A DNA stretch of 62,983 nt, the filler included, from Choristocarpus tenellus KU-1152 (Eukaryota; Protista; Phaeophyceae), in the NCBI GenBank assembly GCA_964200185.2. It is 11 parts of 11 records of this genome, joined end to end, with 100 filler letters (N's around TTAATTAATTAA, not from the genome) between each part and the next. Parts side by side here need not be neighbours in the genome. Positions count along the whole stretch, not along the records: positions 1 to 4,165 come from CAXNAD020015890.1; positions 4,266 to 8,170 come from CAXNAD020017223.1; positions 8,271 to 16,275 come from CAXNAD020005279.1; 8 more parts are not named here. The stretch is one strand, 5' to 3'. Within the stretch, counting starts at the first letter, position 1. Each line of letters opens with the position of its first letter. The notes beneath the pieces are model-generated. The model saw only the letters and a list, made by a program, of their open reading frames with translations. It had not been told where the DNA came from and made no database searches. A program made the position numbers and the translations under genes. Of this stretch, positions 1-13,963 are shown in pieces.

Positions 1-206
1 TTTTTTCCTTCCCTTCTTTCCCCCTTTTTCCCCCCCCCCCCCCCCCCCCCCCCCCCAAACCTTTTTTTCGGCTCTGCCCTCACAGGCAATTACCCTATTT
101 ACCTTGCAGCTCATCAGCACAGGAACCTGCTGTTGCTTCCGTGACCTACTCCTGTCAACAGGTGTTGGGACCTCCTACGACTACAGCCGTTGTGCGTCCC
201 TCTTCC

Positions 207-237
<31 letters not shown>

Positions 238-3200
238 TTCCCTTGCCCTGCTTTGGTGTTTTTTTTTTCTATAAAGAATTGTTCTCTTGCCCCCATTCTT
301 TGCCCCCGACACCTCGTCAATTTCCTTGAGAACTATATATATATTTTTGGGAGAATCTAGGTAGGGGTGGTGTGAGCGAAAGGTATTGGGGGGGACTTTT
401 GAGGAATCAAACACGTCCAGTGCAATGGGGTGGTTGGGGGAGGGTTGGTATATGGTGACTGACTGACTGACTGTGGATCTTTTGCGATGTGATTTCTGTT
501 TCAGGTTTAATGTGTGCGTTTGGGGGTATTCAATGACACGCTACACACTATTTAAATTTTACTTTGACGCATTTTTGAAAACTTATTTTTGAGTGTAATT
601 TTTTACTTGAGTGTGTTTATTGAAATAAAAGAGAGCATTTTTAGAGTTTTTTTGGTTTCAAGGTGCGAAAAAGTCTCTCCTTGTAAAAAAAAAAAGTGTT
701 GATGTGTGGGAAAAAATGCAGGATGAATTTTTGAGCCTTTGCCTCTTTTTTTGAATATATATACCTATCATGTCCATTAGTTAAAAAAAAATCATATTTG
801 TGTAATTTTGTGTGTGTGTGAGTGTGTGTGCTCGTGGTTGTTACTGGTGACCTTTATTTCTCTTGATCAAATTGGTCTCTCTCTTTATTTGATGCTTCAT
901 ACCCACATATTTTTCTGCCGTTGATGAGGTTTTAGTTTATAAAAATATATGTGGTGGCGCATTTTTTTAAGAAGGATTAATTCAGTCCTGATTTTTATAA
1001 TTGGACTCGTATCTGTGCAGGTAGCAATATCCATCATCTATCATTGTAGTGTATGGGGGTGCTTGAGAGCACATTTTGCCGAGAGGGGAGATTATGGTTG
1101 GGGTGGGTTGGTTTGTTTTTTTCCAAGTCTTTCAATCATTTTACACCCAAATAGCCAGATAACAACCACGGTTGATACGTCCATGATATGAATGTGAGCA
1201 CCTGACTGTTATCTGGCCTGCACCTGATTGTGCCTCATGTTTCCTTCCCAATGGAATATGCATTCCGGTAGTGCCGTCAGCTGGATTGGGTGCATTAAGA
1301 GTAGGAGATGCTAAGTTTGCAACATATCAGGTGTGTGCTATGGGTCGTGAAAGATGGACAAGGGAGCGGGGGTACTTTGAAGGAGGGGGGGCAGTGAGGG
1401 GTGATTTTTTTTTTTTTTAGGATATTTGATTTATGGGTGTATCCTCTCCTACAAGAACATGGTCTGCAATTTATGTCCTCATGTCAGTGAGTGCTACAGG
1501 GGGATTGATACAAAGGAGACGAAACTGTTAAGAGTGGTGAATAATACGGGAATATACTACAGAGAGGTCTGGTACATGGACCGAACTGGTTTTGATATGT
1601 TTTCGTAAGGTCCAGTCCTGGGCTGTTGAGGTTTATTGAAGGACCTCTTTGAAGGGGGGGGGGCTGCCACAGTCACAGCTCTGGACTGGACTGTGATCGT
1701 GCTAACTGCTTGGTCTGATTAAAGGTCCTGGAAGTTTCATTCACAAGCAGTATGATGTCAGAGATATTTGTGAGCCTGTACTGCGTCAAGATGGCATGTT
1801 GCTGCCACGAGGCCGTTTACTACAGAACCTTTTTGGTAGTCCCTTTAATTACCCCACAGACAAGGATCACCAAGATTACAGAGCAGTTTTGTTTATTGGT
1901 GGTTTTTGAGGAAACCGTACGTGGCGGGGTTTTGAGTTGCTTGCCCAGACCAGCTTGTGTGACGGGGTTATTCTACCTTGCCATACCCTTGGGTTAGGGT
2001 TAGGGTTAGGAGGGGTTTAATGCACCTGCTCGCGGCGTGCATTTTGAATATAGAGTATGGTCAGTACAAATATGTTTTGGTATACAAAAATGGGTACGTT
2101 ATCTGGTGGAAATTGATCCATTCCAATGTGTTGGTTGTTGCCTAGCCATTGGGCGATTGGAGGAGTCTGTTCCTTTTGGTTGGTCACTGTGGTTGGTTTA
2201 CTTCTAAGTATGATGTCAGCTGGAATGTATGATGTATGTTGACATGTTTGCACACAGTCGCACTTCTAACATTTTTTGTGTGTGTGTGTCCATGGAGCAC
2301 GGTTGCTCCCACCCTCTTGCACTGCAAAATTCAACACACACACACACACACACACACACACCATCACTGCTGTCTATGCAGCACCCCTGCCAAATACATT
2401 CTGTGTCATACTAGTCGACTGCCTCGTTTTGATAGGGGGCTCTTTTTGGGGGGGTGGGCCACAATTTATTCCAGGAAACTCATGATTTTTTGTCAAGTAA
2501 CAAATCGGAGGTCGTTGGATGTGTACTAGTTTTGTACTAGTTTGACTTTTATACTATACTGTCTTACTGTCTTATACTATACTGCAGAGTCCTACCGTAC
2601 TGCCAACTAAACCCTAACCTTGATTCGGTCTCTGCAATACATTTTTTTTAAAATCTCTAGTTGATCTACACAAGTCGAACCAGTCGCTCACTTTCCTCCC
2701 TCCCTCCCTCCCTCCCTCCCTCCCTCCCTCCCCCCTTCCATGTATTCATTTGATTTATGTTCAGTCGGTCTACCCAGGGTCCTCGGGTGATAGTGAGAGT
2801 AACAGGGGGGAAGGGGAAACTGACCACGACCGTACTCCTGTTCACTTTTTATGATACACATATTGTTTGGGTGGGGTGGTGGGCTTGATGCATTTTTTTT
2901 TTAGTGTGTGTGTTGTGATGCATGCACGGAGGTGGTCCCCTGCCCCCCTGGTCTGTTGCCCTGCCCTTTGGGTAGGGTTGTATGGTGATACATGTGTCAT
3001 CGTGAGGGCCTGCATATGTTTTTTGTTGTGTCCTTTCATCAAAAGTAGTGGTGCATCTCTTTTCCTGTGTTATGTTGTGTTTTATGTTTGATGTACTTGT
3101 TGTGTTTGTTTTTCAAGCCTCATTAGATCCCCGCTCATGGTGAATGTAGGAGAGAGAGGGTGAGGGTGCTTGTGATTGTGTGTTAACTGTGAAAAAAAAG

Positions 3201-3508
3201 CTGTCCAGTTATTTTCCCGTTTTTCTCCTCTTTGCTGTCCAGTTGCATGTTGTAAGGGTAGGAGTTTTACAGTAGTGCTGTTGATGGCTCCGTGAACTGC
3301 CTGTGTTAGATGGTAGAGCCAATGTGAGAGGGCTGTGTTCATGTTTTTGAGTACGGTTGGACTTCGAGGGAGGAGTGGAAGATTTCCTACATGTTTTTTT
3401 CTTTCTTGGTTGTGGGAGATTGAGAAGAGATGTTTTCCGCATCAACTTATGTTATATCTGTGGAAAATGTTTTTTTTTGTGATGCGTAAGTGTGTGACGG
3501 TGTGCATG

Positions 3509-3646
3509 AGGTACAGAGTAAGGTATATGCATTGTAAGGTACAGTATATGCATTATAAGGTACAGTATATGCATTATAAGGTACAGTATATGCATTATAA
3601 GGTACAGTATATGCATTGTAAGGTACAGAGTACGGTATATGCATTG
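3509..3646. repeat. 21-bp minisatellite (AAGGTACAGTATATGCATTAT)n, about 5-6 units
   Basis: Seen directly; it generates the spurious YKVQYMH ORF repeats. Confidence 0.95.
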
Positions 3647-4165
3647 TTTGCAGTAAGAGATCGTTCTGGTAACTTCGTGTGTTTGCTCTCTCTGTCTCTT
3701 ATCCTGGTGGGGTTTTTTTTGTGCTCTACTTCTTCTCTGCTCGGAGGAGGTAGATGTGATGTAGGGAGAGATCGNNNNNNNNNNCAGACACACACAAAAG
3801 CGATGGAGTGGTAGAGTGTTCTCTGTCCAGGAGAGAAGTAAGAGGTTGCGTTCTCATATATATTTTTTCTTTAGATGGTACTACCTACATAGATCTTTGT
3901 AAGAAAAACGAGAATTCAGTTTAAAGATATCAATTATTTGGGGTGCATGCTCGTTGCTTGGAGTATAGAGGCAAGTTACTTGGTGTGGAGATTATCCCAA
4001 CTACATACATATATATATGTATACTACCATCAAGATTGCCTCTAGTGAACAGGGGATCCTCAAAATTGAGAATGGTGCGGGACTATGAGGATGGTTATTT
4101 TGCGAAAACGGTCTTTAAAAAGTACCTCAAGGTTTTTTCTTGCTGCTGTATTTGCATTTGGAAGG

Positions 4166-4265
4166 NNNNNNNNNNNNNNNNNNNNNNNNNNNNNNNNNNN
4201 NNNNNNNNNTTAATTAATTAANNNNNNNNNNNNNNNNNNNNNNNNNNNNNNNNNNNNNNNNNNNN
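4166..4265. other. Artificial contig linker (N44-TTAATTAATTAA-N44)
   Basis: Identical 100-bp spacer with stops in all six frames. It recurs at 8171-8270, 16276-16375, 19003-19102, 25066-25165, 34940-35039, 37582-37681, 40280-40379, 48032-48131 and 52773-52872. A separate 10-N gap lies at 3775-3784. Confidence 0.98.
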
Positions 4266-4507
4266 CTTATCACATAATCCACCAGTGGTGTCTATAGTGT
4301 ATCAGCAGCACTATCTACGAACAAGACCCCCCAAGGCCATCGCTGGCGCGACATTGTTGAGGTGGCTGTGCACGTCTTCTCAGAGCAGGCAGCCAAAAAA
4401 TTGCCCACTGACGCGCTCTCGTTGAAGTATGCTGTCGGGATGGAGACATTTCCAGAGGAATGGGTCAGTCAATCTTTGACCACGACAATTCGAGTAACGT
4501 AAGGATG

Positions 4508-4690
4508 GACCCAAAATATCTGGGGGGGGGTGGAGGGTCTACACGAGGGTGTCCATTTCGGGCATAACCAGGAAAGTGAACTTTTATTATCCATCTGACA
4601 CATGCAACCAAATCACCAAAAAATCGTGACATGAAAATATATTGGCCCCAAATGGACAGCCGCCACCCTCCCCCCCAGATACTTTGAGCC
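4508..4690 (+). mobile_element. MITE family B (about 180 bp), 3-bp TSD ATG
   Basis: GACCCAAAATATCTGGGGG ... CCCCCAGATACTTTGAGCC; ATG on both flanks. Confidence 0.85.
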
Positions 4691-6336
4691 ATGTATATGT
4701 ATATACCCCCCTGCTGACCCTGCAACAGCCGCAATGTTTACCGTCTAGTTCGTGCCTCGCGAGACAGACACCCATGTTATGCATGTGACTTACCGTTCCA
4801 CTACCCATGTTCTTCTCCATGACAGTTCTCCAACACTCTAAGGGGTGTCTGGAATAAATGGCTCCCGGCCGACCAGGACAACCGAAAGAAGAAGACAAGA
4901 GAAAAGGGGAAGAAAAACAGACCAGGGGTCGGCGATCCAGACCCGGCGTCTGCCGCCCAGGCCGAGGAGGAGTGGGCATCGCAACTCTGGAAAGTCCAAT
5001 TGGCATACATAAGACGTATGCACATGAAGAATGTCCTCATTAAGAGGGTTGCCTGGAGGTCGCCATACAAGTCATGAACGACCTCAAAAGGAAAGACGAG
5101 CTCGGGATAGACCCCTACACCGATGACTCCTCAGCAGGGTCTTAAAAAGAGGGTCCTCCAAAGAAAAAATACATCCTCGGCAAGGAGGTACTCAATGGAG
5201 TGTGAGGTTCATCATCTCATCTGTCCACCGTATTTGATTTCGTATCAACCCACCTCACAATAAACGCCCTGATCGCGCACATTAATGTAACCCCATAAAA
5301 TCCACAGGTGAAAAGGGACCTCGTGTTGAGGGAGGATGAGGAGGAGGGTACAAAATTCCTGGACATCGTCAAATACTCTGAGGGCGTTACCCTGAACACC
5401 AGTGACGAACATACAGGCAAGCAATTACATCATTGTACAACATCGCCATACGTTAACATCCAAACATCGTTCCCTACAGCAAACACACAACCTAGACCCT
5501 CACAGATCTTACCGACGTTGGACAGTTTGACAACGAACATTGTCACAGGGTTCTCCGGTTTCATATGTTGCGAAGTTGCTTGTCGAACAGATTGATTCAT
5601 ACTTTCGCTGTGTTGTACCGATCGACAAAACCCGGCAAAAGAAGGGAAATTATGTCGTGGTTTATGTACCATAGTCCTATACGCATCCTCTTCACGATAT
5701 GTTACAAGCTCTACTTGTCTTCCTGATTTATGGGCTCGAATAATCCGCCCAAGTTTAACAAGTTGCACTCTAATCCATCCATCTTTTCCTCTGCCTCCCT
5801 CCTCCTCTGTATCCTGCCTCGCATACTCCTTCTCGCCAACCTCTACCCCATCCCTTGCCTCCTAACTCTAACACCTCTTCTTGTTGTTTTTCCTCCTACT
5901 TTGCCACGTCCTTTGCCTACTCCTCCACCATCACAGAGATAACACAAGTCACATACATTGTGATCCCGCCAGAGAAAAACGCCACGTCCGAGCACGACCT
6001 TGACAAGTTCAAGTCCGAAACGAGTGCCACCCACAAGAGAGAAGTCGCCCTTCTCCGGACCCGACCAGAAGGCATCGTAATCACATGCACTACGCTCGGG
6101 GACAACCTCGATCCGGATCGTATCCAACTCCTCATTGACGAACTCTCCACCTTCCGCAATTTTGCACTGGTGAAGACACCGGTAGCTGCTGGCATATCCA
6201 CGCCTATACCTTGTGGAAGACCCAACACACCAGGTGATGAAGAGGAACAGGATAACCCATCGCCTAGCCCTATACAGTAGGTACGGGAAGCAGGACTCTA
6301 CAAGGGGGAAGGCATACAACCACACCCTCGGAACAC

Positions 6337-7232
6337 GACTCTGAAGACGATGGGGACCGACCCGTTTGTAACACTTTGTCAGGTCCAGAGGAACTTGCAC
6401 AGGAGGACGTGAGGGGGCGGCTAGACAGGGACTCAGAGTCCACGCCTGTCAGGAGTGACCCATGTATGTCCCCAAACGCCCATTCGGTGGGCAGCGACGG
6501 CGACGAGTCCAAGGTGCCAGGGGTACGAGTTCTGCCCTGTTTGTCCATTTGGGGCTTGGCTTCCCATGGGTTTTTTATGACATTTGTCTACTCCAAAAAG
6601 TTTTTGAGTAGGCAAATTGTATGCGTTATGAAAAGGTGTGTCCGGAACAAGGATACTGACACTTCCTAACAAACACGATAGCCAAAATTACATCAAAATC
6701 GCAACATTGGATGGATTTTGACCCCCAAAAAGGACGCGGTCCTACCCTCTAAGATTGACTCAGGGAGCACCTACGATGATACTGCGGGGCGAAGTGAGAA
6801 CAACGCCCATGCCCATCCAACCACAACACTGAGGGACAAACCTTCCCTGAAAGGTAGCGGAAAGAGGAAAAGGACGATTATTGGGAAGAACAGGTTGAGA
6901 GAAGACTCTGAAGGTGATGGGGACCGACCCAATTGTGACGCTTTGTCAGAGGTCCAGAGGAACTTGTACAGGAGGACGTGGGTGGGCGTTCAGGCACGGA
7001 ATCAGAGTCCACACCTGTCGGGAGTAACCTCGAATGCCCTCAAACGCCCTTTCGGTGGGCAGCGGCGGCAACAAGTCACAAGTGCCAGGGAACACCTACG
7101 ACCATACTGTGTGAGGTGAAGTGACAACCACGTCCATGCCGATCCTACCCCCACCCCGAGGGACAAGCCTTCCTAGAAGGGTAAAGTAAAGGGAAAAAGG
7201 ACGCTACTTCGGAAGAAGAGGGTGAGAGAAGG
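6337..7232. repeat. Two diverged tandem units of about 330 bp; the first is split by a MITE
   Basis: 6337-6522 aligns with 6904-7090, and 6762-6903 aligns with 7087-7232. Confidence 0.85.
6523..6761 (+). mobile_element. MITE family A (left TIR deleted), TSD AGGG
   Basis: Matches the other A copies. The empty site is visible in the neighbouring repeat unit at 7082-7100 (GTGCCAGGGAACACCTACG). Confidence 0.85.
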
Positions 7233-10200
7233 TGCTGGACGGATGAGACCCTTTGAACAGCCTCATGGTCCCGATGGCAGCGCTTTAGAACCTGGCTTCT
7301 TTGCAGACGTCGTCGCTTCTGCCAAAAAGGGCAGATATGCTGTAAATCCGTGTTGATCTCTACCTCGAGGTACGACGATGACAACGAAAGGTCATCGCAT
7401 GGTGATGACAATTGCATCACACAGGACGCGGCCGACTCCGGCGATGCATCCGATGTGGGGATCACCGAAGCCTTTATGGAGGCATGCATTACCGAGCTCC
7501 TACGATTGGCAACGAAACCTGCTTCTTCACAGTATCGAGTGCAGACTCAAATCCTCACCCAAGTCATACACGACCATGGGTTCAGGCTCATCAAGGCCGG
7601 TAAAGGGACCGTTTCTCTTGTTTTCGGGGGTGAATGCTGCTACGTTCCACCAGCCCACATAGGTTAAACTCGATGATCGTGGAGGGAAGCCAGGCAAAAC
7701 ATTGCGCGTCCCGAGCATGTGGAAGCACTCTGTGCGAGGAAGGCCATCTTCTCGAGCCTCATGAAGCCCGAATCTTGGAGCGTCAGGTACTCCACACGCT
7801 GAAATCTATGGCACCTTCCTGTCGAGGCATACCCTAAGCTTGCAGAGTGGTGGGAGAAGGGTGACAAACGCAATTTCGAGTCTGCCCACTAATTGAAATA
7901 GGGGTTCAGTCGTTTCAGTTTTTGGTTGAAGTACGGATCGAGTTACAGGTACACTGATTTATGCATCAGTGTACCTTGCCTTGGTGTTCGGCTACCATGT
8001 TCATGCACTTTCTATTCGATGAGTTATGCATTTAGACAGTGGTATCGGATACATTGCTACCAGTCAGAGTCGTCAAGAGTTTTACAAGCATAACGATGAG
8101 TATCTGCTCCAACAATTTGTCCTTTCTGAATCATACGAATATTTTCAATACCTGTGATAGTAATTTTAGCNNNNNNNNNNNNNNNNNNNNNNNNNNNNNN
8201 NNNNNNNNNNNNNNTTAATTAATTAANNNNNNNNNNNNNNNNNNNNNNNNNNNNNNNNNNNNNNNNNNNNGGATGATAAAGCCAGGGGTGCAATTGTGTC
8301 GCGCACTTCACTTACTTCTTTTTTTTTGTGATGCGATGGGTCTTTTTTCCTTCTGCTTTATTCTTTTTTGTGGTGAATCTGTGTCTTCCGGTGTGAGGGA
8401 CACGTGCTGGGTTTTTTGTGGGCAAAAGGTTTGTTGGTGCAAGAAGGTCGTGGAATATACGTAGGTGTTCCAAAGTGTACAGGCGGGTCGTGTGGGTGCC
8501 CCCTGTGGCGTTGCACTAGGTCATGGATTGTGGTATGGAGCACCCTAACCGACCTTTTCCAAGTGGACACACACACACAGACAGTACAGTACAGTACAGT
8601 TCAAGAAAATCTGTTTTTTTTATTTGTGTTGAACACGCAGTCTGAGTACGATGATATAGTGCTGGAGACACCGACACTTTGATCGATTGCCCTCTCATGG
8701 TAATTTTTTTTTTTAAGATAATATTCTTTTTTTCTAGGAGCAGTTACACACTCGCGAGAAAAATCTCATGGTCAAGGAAAATATTATTTTTATTTTAGAA
8801 ATGGAAGCGCGTCGCACTGCAGTTGCTGGCTGCTGTGTGGCGGTGCTTGTTACAGGCTCCGCTGATTCGTTCAAATGTTAAAAAAAAAAAAGAAAAAAAA
8901 AAGGATAGTTTGACTGTTTGGAACATGTTTGCGTTATTTATTAAAAAGAAGGATATAGTCATTTATTTTTTCCTAAAGTCGTCTGTGCTTGGTGGTGTTA
9001 AAGGGGGCTTTAAAACAATGGTATGTGTATTGAGGTACGTACAACACTAGAGTAAAGCACTACTTTTTCTGTTCTGGTAGGGGCTCGGAAACTGCAATTG
9101 TGTTCTCTACATGGTGTCTGACAGGCAGTAGCTTTTGGAGGCATACAAATGTGATGTATCATGATACGCAAAATAGTTTTTTGTCACTGGAAAATGTTTT
9201 TCATTTTTGTTTTAGATTCCTATTTGGGGGGCGGGGGAGAATGAATGGTTCCTATTCAAAACATCTCCATTTTCATGGTGTTTGTGATATGTTGGGGCCA
9301 GTGGGCATGGTGATGATAACAGCAACATTGCTGTCCAATCTTGATTTGTTGCCCCACAACTACATACAGCCTTGTTTATTGCTCACACTTGGTGAATTTT
9401 GCTGCTCCCTTTGCTCCCAACCCTTCCCTCAAATGCTCTATGAAGGTGGGGTACTTCAAGATGATCTCTGCACCTTCCGACATCATGGACACTATCAGTC
9501 ACCTTGATGAGAAGATTAGAGAGTCCCATGCCTGAGTAGATGTCACGTTGTACTCCTTGCCATGCATGGAAGTGCCTATGTACCTCCTCTTGCTGCAGGC
9601 AAAGTCTGAATGAGGCTTTAGGCCGGGTACATACGACAATCCTTCTGTTGAGGCTCCTCTTTTTCCCTTGTCCCCCCACCTCTCTTTCCCCTTGGGGGAT
9701 TCCAAGACCATGGCTCACAATGGCAGTGAGAGGGCTGTTGTGGTAGCAGGTTGGAATTGTGCACCTTTCTTGAAACGATCTTTGCCATTGATGGTGCTAT
9801 ACTTTGTTGTTCATAGTGCTTAACAGGCTGACTGAGGGTAACAGGGTGCCATGACCTCTATAGAGATGTATGCTGGTGGTAAGTGGAAAAGTGATAAAAG
9901 AAAGGGGGATGCCCTTTTCCCACTAGTAAAGTCATGTAGATGGCAAGAAGTTTTGGTATGCTTTCTGGAAACGGAGGGCCTTTTTCATGGAGGTGTGCAT
10001 TTGTTGTAGGGTGGTGATGTTTTTTTATGACAGGCGTGAGGCATGAAAGTGGTGATGCAATTGGAAGATAAGAGGTCTCACTAATGTGACACCAGATTAC
10101 TTCGGGTATTGCCTGACTGGTGCCAGTATGTCGTAGCTTTTGATGTCGAGATGTTCTAAGGGCAGACACAAGACTCCTTTGCAACCTATGTGCGTGATGT

Positions 10201-11740
10201 GTTTACTGTAGTTCTGGTTTTTTGGTGTGATTTGTGCCTGTCCTGGATATGTTGAGGTGGTGGTGGGTATTTGAAAGGTAAGACATGAGAGTGTTCCACC
10301 CTTTTGACGTTGTGTATTGCGTGTGGTAGCTCTTCGACAGTTCGAGGTGGAGAAAGGATGACACAACAGGGGTGTGTGTTTGGGTGTCTTCTTTGCTTTG
10401 CCTTTGATTGTTGTGTAGAAATTGGGTGCTCTTGTGTTGACTTGATTGTATGGGGACAGGTGGGGCCACAATGGGGTGAGCAGGATGAGCAAGGGGTGAA
10501 TGGAGTAGCACTTTTTCGATGGAAGGTAGGTGGATGTGGAGTGAGCAGTACGTCTCACTGGTAGAGATACTGCTAGGGGGAACAGGAGTTGATTGGACTG
10601 CAAGGTTGGTGATATATGAGCTCTCTAAGTATAGCTAAAAGGAAGTGCTGTGGAAGAAGTCTTGGCAGAAATAAAAGAAATAAAGGAGCATTTCCAGAGT
10701 GACAAAAAATACTGCCTTGTCTGTCTTAACCTTGTTTTTGAGGCCTTCCAACATAAGTGAACTATACCTCAGTTTAATCTCTGGTCCAGGTATTGAACCT
10801 ATTGTTGCGGAATTTGTTTCTCTTTAATGTATGTATTTACGGTGATTGCTTATATGCATGTTGGAATGTGGTCAACGTATGTACCTCCCTGTAGTACTTG
10901 ACTGAACAATTTGAACTCATAGTATCTCCCCTGGGCTGCTTGGACTTCTAAGCCCAGATCAGAATAGGTAATGTTCCTTCACTACTTAGTGGAGCGAGGG
11001 AACTCTCCAGGCTGTATCAGTATACCCAAAGGTGACAATCTGTACCTTGTGCTCCGAGAGTATGTTGTATTATGTGGCATGTCCTACAAAAGTCCACCAA
11101 GAACACTGTTCACCCCTTGCTGTAATTGTGGGGCTTAACATTGTTCTTTGTGAAGCAAGAAGTTCACATGCTGAGCTACTAGATAAGAAAGATACAGGTA
11201 GGAGCTGCATAATTGTCAAGGTCGAAAGTTCGCGGAAACAGTCACTTTCTACGCTGGTGCTGTCGAGAATTGGGATACTACTACTCAACTCTGTTTTGGT
11301 CAGTGGATTTGAGCTAGTGCTGTACTTCAAGGTGCATGGATGAGGGCTGTTTCATCCTTGGAATAACAGCACCACCCTTGACCGTACAAGAGCGTTGGAC
11401 AGGCCATTGTCAAATGTGTTTCTCCTCCTAACTTCTTGCCCATGATATTCACTTAATACATGCTCTACTATCTTAATTTTGATAAGTTGGAGAATGCTCA
11501 ACAAGCATTTCACAAGTTTAGTGTGCCCCGATCCTCCTTTAGCATGAGAAGACGCTGACTGAGTCCTCAAAAAAGATGTTCAATGCAAGAAGAGGAGACT
11601 ATAATAGAAAAGCTCGTTCTCTCCGCATCTCCACTCTTCTTCTGTGTCGGCACCTCGTACATGAGTAGCGATGCGATTTCACAGACAAACAGGGACAAGC
11701 AGTTTCGACAGTAGTTTTATGGTGGTCGTATGTAGTATAG

Positions 11741-11775
11741 TAGGGTTAGGGTTAGGGTTAGGGTTAGGGTTAGGG
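11741..11775 (+). repeat. Interstitial telomeric repeat (TTAGGG)x6
   Basis: Seen directly. Shorter tracts at 1991-2010, 27474-27496, 30451-30462, 33961-33972 and 31805-31815. Confidence 0.9.
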
Positions 11776-12149
11776 AAATAACAATAGTATGCGAGTAAAC
11801 AAATCTGTATTTGTATGTTTCGAAGAATAAATTTGAGAGTCAAAGTAATTCAGAGGTAGGCAAGGTTGCATTTCAAGGATCCTAATAATAAGTGGCAAAA
11901 GAAAATTGAACAATCGGATAATGATAGTGAGGGGTGAGAGGGACCAGATTTACAGGAGGTATTTGGCATCTGAGAAGTACATGGAGTGGAAGAGATCACA
12001 AGAGTGGGGTGAGGCATGTTGCAACCTGAATCGAATGCATCCTACATGTGAGCAAAATGCGTAGACTACGAGCGATGAGGAATCATGGTGTTGCAAAGCA
12101 CCGACAAGTGATATGCGTAGTCTATGTTATGGGTAGATGTGATTATGCT

Positions 12150-12480
12150 GCAAAGCACCAATGTATTTATTCTGTTGGAACTGAGGTCATTGATCTCTCA
12201 GTCAAAAATGATGCGATATGAATTCGGTATTCTTGGTTGCTCAATCCAGAATTATGTAATGATGTGAATTCAGTGTTCTTTCATGAGATACTCAACGAAA
12301 GATGTCCATGCTCTGTGGAGAGGCTTGTTACCTTGGCTGGCAAGGGTTTCCGCGAATGGTTTTAACTCTGATTATATTACATCCATGCGTGTGTTTGATA
12401 CACGGTTTGCAGAGTAAGCTTTGATGCATGGCGAGGGATCAATGGCAGTCACGAAAGAAACAATAATCATCAACGTACAT
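12150..12480 (-). mobile_element. Possible Ty1/Copia RNase H remnant
   Basis: 'YCFF', 'ATKNTEFISHHF*LRDQ' and 'SVPTE' loosely follow RTKHIDIRHHF.RD and VPT. Heavily decayed. Confidence 0.25.
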
Positions 12481-13861
12481 TTGCCATATTCTGCAGGTAA
12501 GAAGAAAGAGTGAAAGAAAAACAAGAGACAAGAGAACAAACTTGAACCAATATTTGATGCAACTCAAGTGACGTATACTATACTATACTATTCGTGTGGA
12601 ACACAAAGATACTGTTCTGTACTAAGGTGTTCTGATTGTAATTGATGTGGTGATGATGAACTAGTGAAAGTAACGTCCAGAACGTATCAGACTAATCAAC
12701 AGTCAGTGTTGACTGATGGAATTGTATCGTATCAAGGACCAAACAGATGAGTAACCTATGTTTTAACAAGACATTCACAGACATTAGACGCACTAGCTTC
12801 CTGAAGACAAAATGTGAATGTATCACGAAGAAGTTTCACGTAACTAGTTACGCTCTACTTTGTAGCACATTTCATTCATGTCCAAGGAAGTATTCAAAAT
12901 GCACGTTGTATAACATTCTTACTATATGATTTTTCCACAAGTCAATCCTGTTTTTCAGACCTACTATTTAGCATTACTTTGAAAGCCATAGTTCACTGCT
13001 GGTCACCCTAATTATAACAGGTTGTTCATTTTTTTTTTATGGAACTTGAACTCACATATCACCTCAGTCCACTCATCAAATTTCCCCTCTAACGATGTTT
13101 GACCAGATTCTAAAGGTTTTACACCATGCACATAATCATAGGCACAGGGCGCACCTATTAAGTGCTCTTTGCACAATGGTTCAGGTGCAGCGGAAGTGGC
13201 GACTGATCTGGAGAAAGAGAAGCAGGAGGACCGGTAGGAAGAGCAGGAAGGTCCCCAGCAGCAAGACCTTTGTTCTCCAAGCACCAGCTGCCGTGAATGC
13301 AAAGCACTTCAACAAAGCTGCAAGCAACTTGAAGGTATCTTTTAGAACCAGACAGCCTTCCACAATGCTGCCTTGTACCCAAAGGTGGATCTTGCACATG
13401 GCCCTGAAGTAGGGGATTTGTTTTCACTCAAGAGAAGCCAACCAATATGTGTGAGCGGTTAATGCCCTCACATGTGTTGCGTGTGTTAGAGCAGGCGGGT
13501 GCCACACCACAGTCGCCTGTAGGGAAACTTGGAAGAAGGCGAGAGGATCAAGTTTGAGGATCTGACGCTAGACAATAGAACCATGTACAACAATCAGCAG
13601 ATCACTGTTGAGGACACCAAAGATGGTGGCCTATTGAAGGATTTCAAGACCTATATGAACAAGGTGACCGTTACAGGCTATTACCACATTGTTCAATGCC
13701 CTCACCTTGATAGAAGTAAATGGGCTATATCGAAGAAAAACCTTCCATACATTTACACAATAGGTATATTATAGAGATGTCTCACTGTGACCCCCTTGCC
13801 AAACATTGAGATATCACTCTTCCACCAGGGCACATAGTCGCAGATAGTGGTAGTATCTCAA

Positions 13862-13963
13862 TGTTTGACAATATCAAAGGTTGTGGGTGGATCGCTTTCC
13901 TGACACTCTAAGTGTTTGACAATATCAAAGGTTGTGGGTGGATCGCTTTCCTGACACTCTAAG
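13862..13963. repeat. Exact 51-bp tandem duplication
   Basis: TGTTTGACAATATCAAAGG...CACTCTAAG occurs twice. Confidence 0.95.

Noticed and set aside
1-330. Poly-Pro/Gly ORFs from C- and G-runs (also 18930-19160 and 40380-40430)
   Set aside because: Low-complexity homopolymer tracts at contig ends.
3769-3774. AGATCG next to gaps (also about 34933)
   Set aside because: Likely an Illumina adapter remnant or chance.
3335-3814. ORFs with YKVQYMH / YTVPYNA repeats
   Set aside because: By-product of a 21-bp minisatellite that is open in several frames.
4210-4221. Recurrent TTAATTAATTAA palindrome as a biological repeat
   Set aside because: It always sits between 44-N runs, so it is an assembly linker. 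Cross-linker synteny was also disregarded.
11070-11570. Gypsy RNase H remnant ('LSEYHGQEVRRR...NGLSNALVR')
   Set aside because: The similarity is too weak to call without a profile search.
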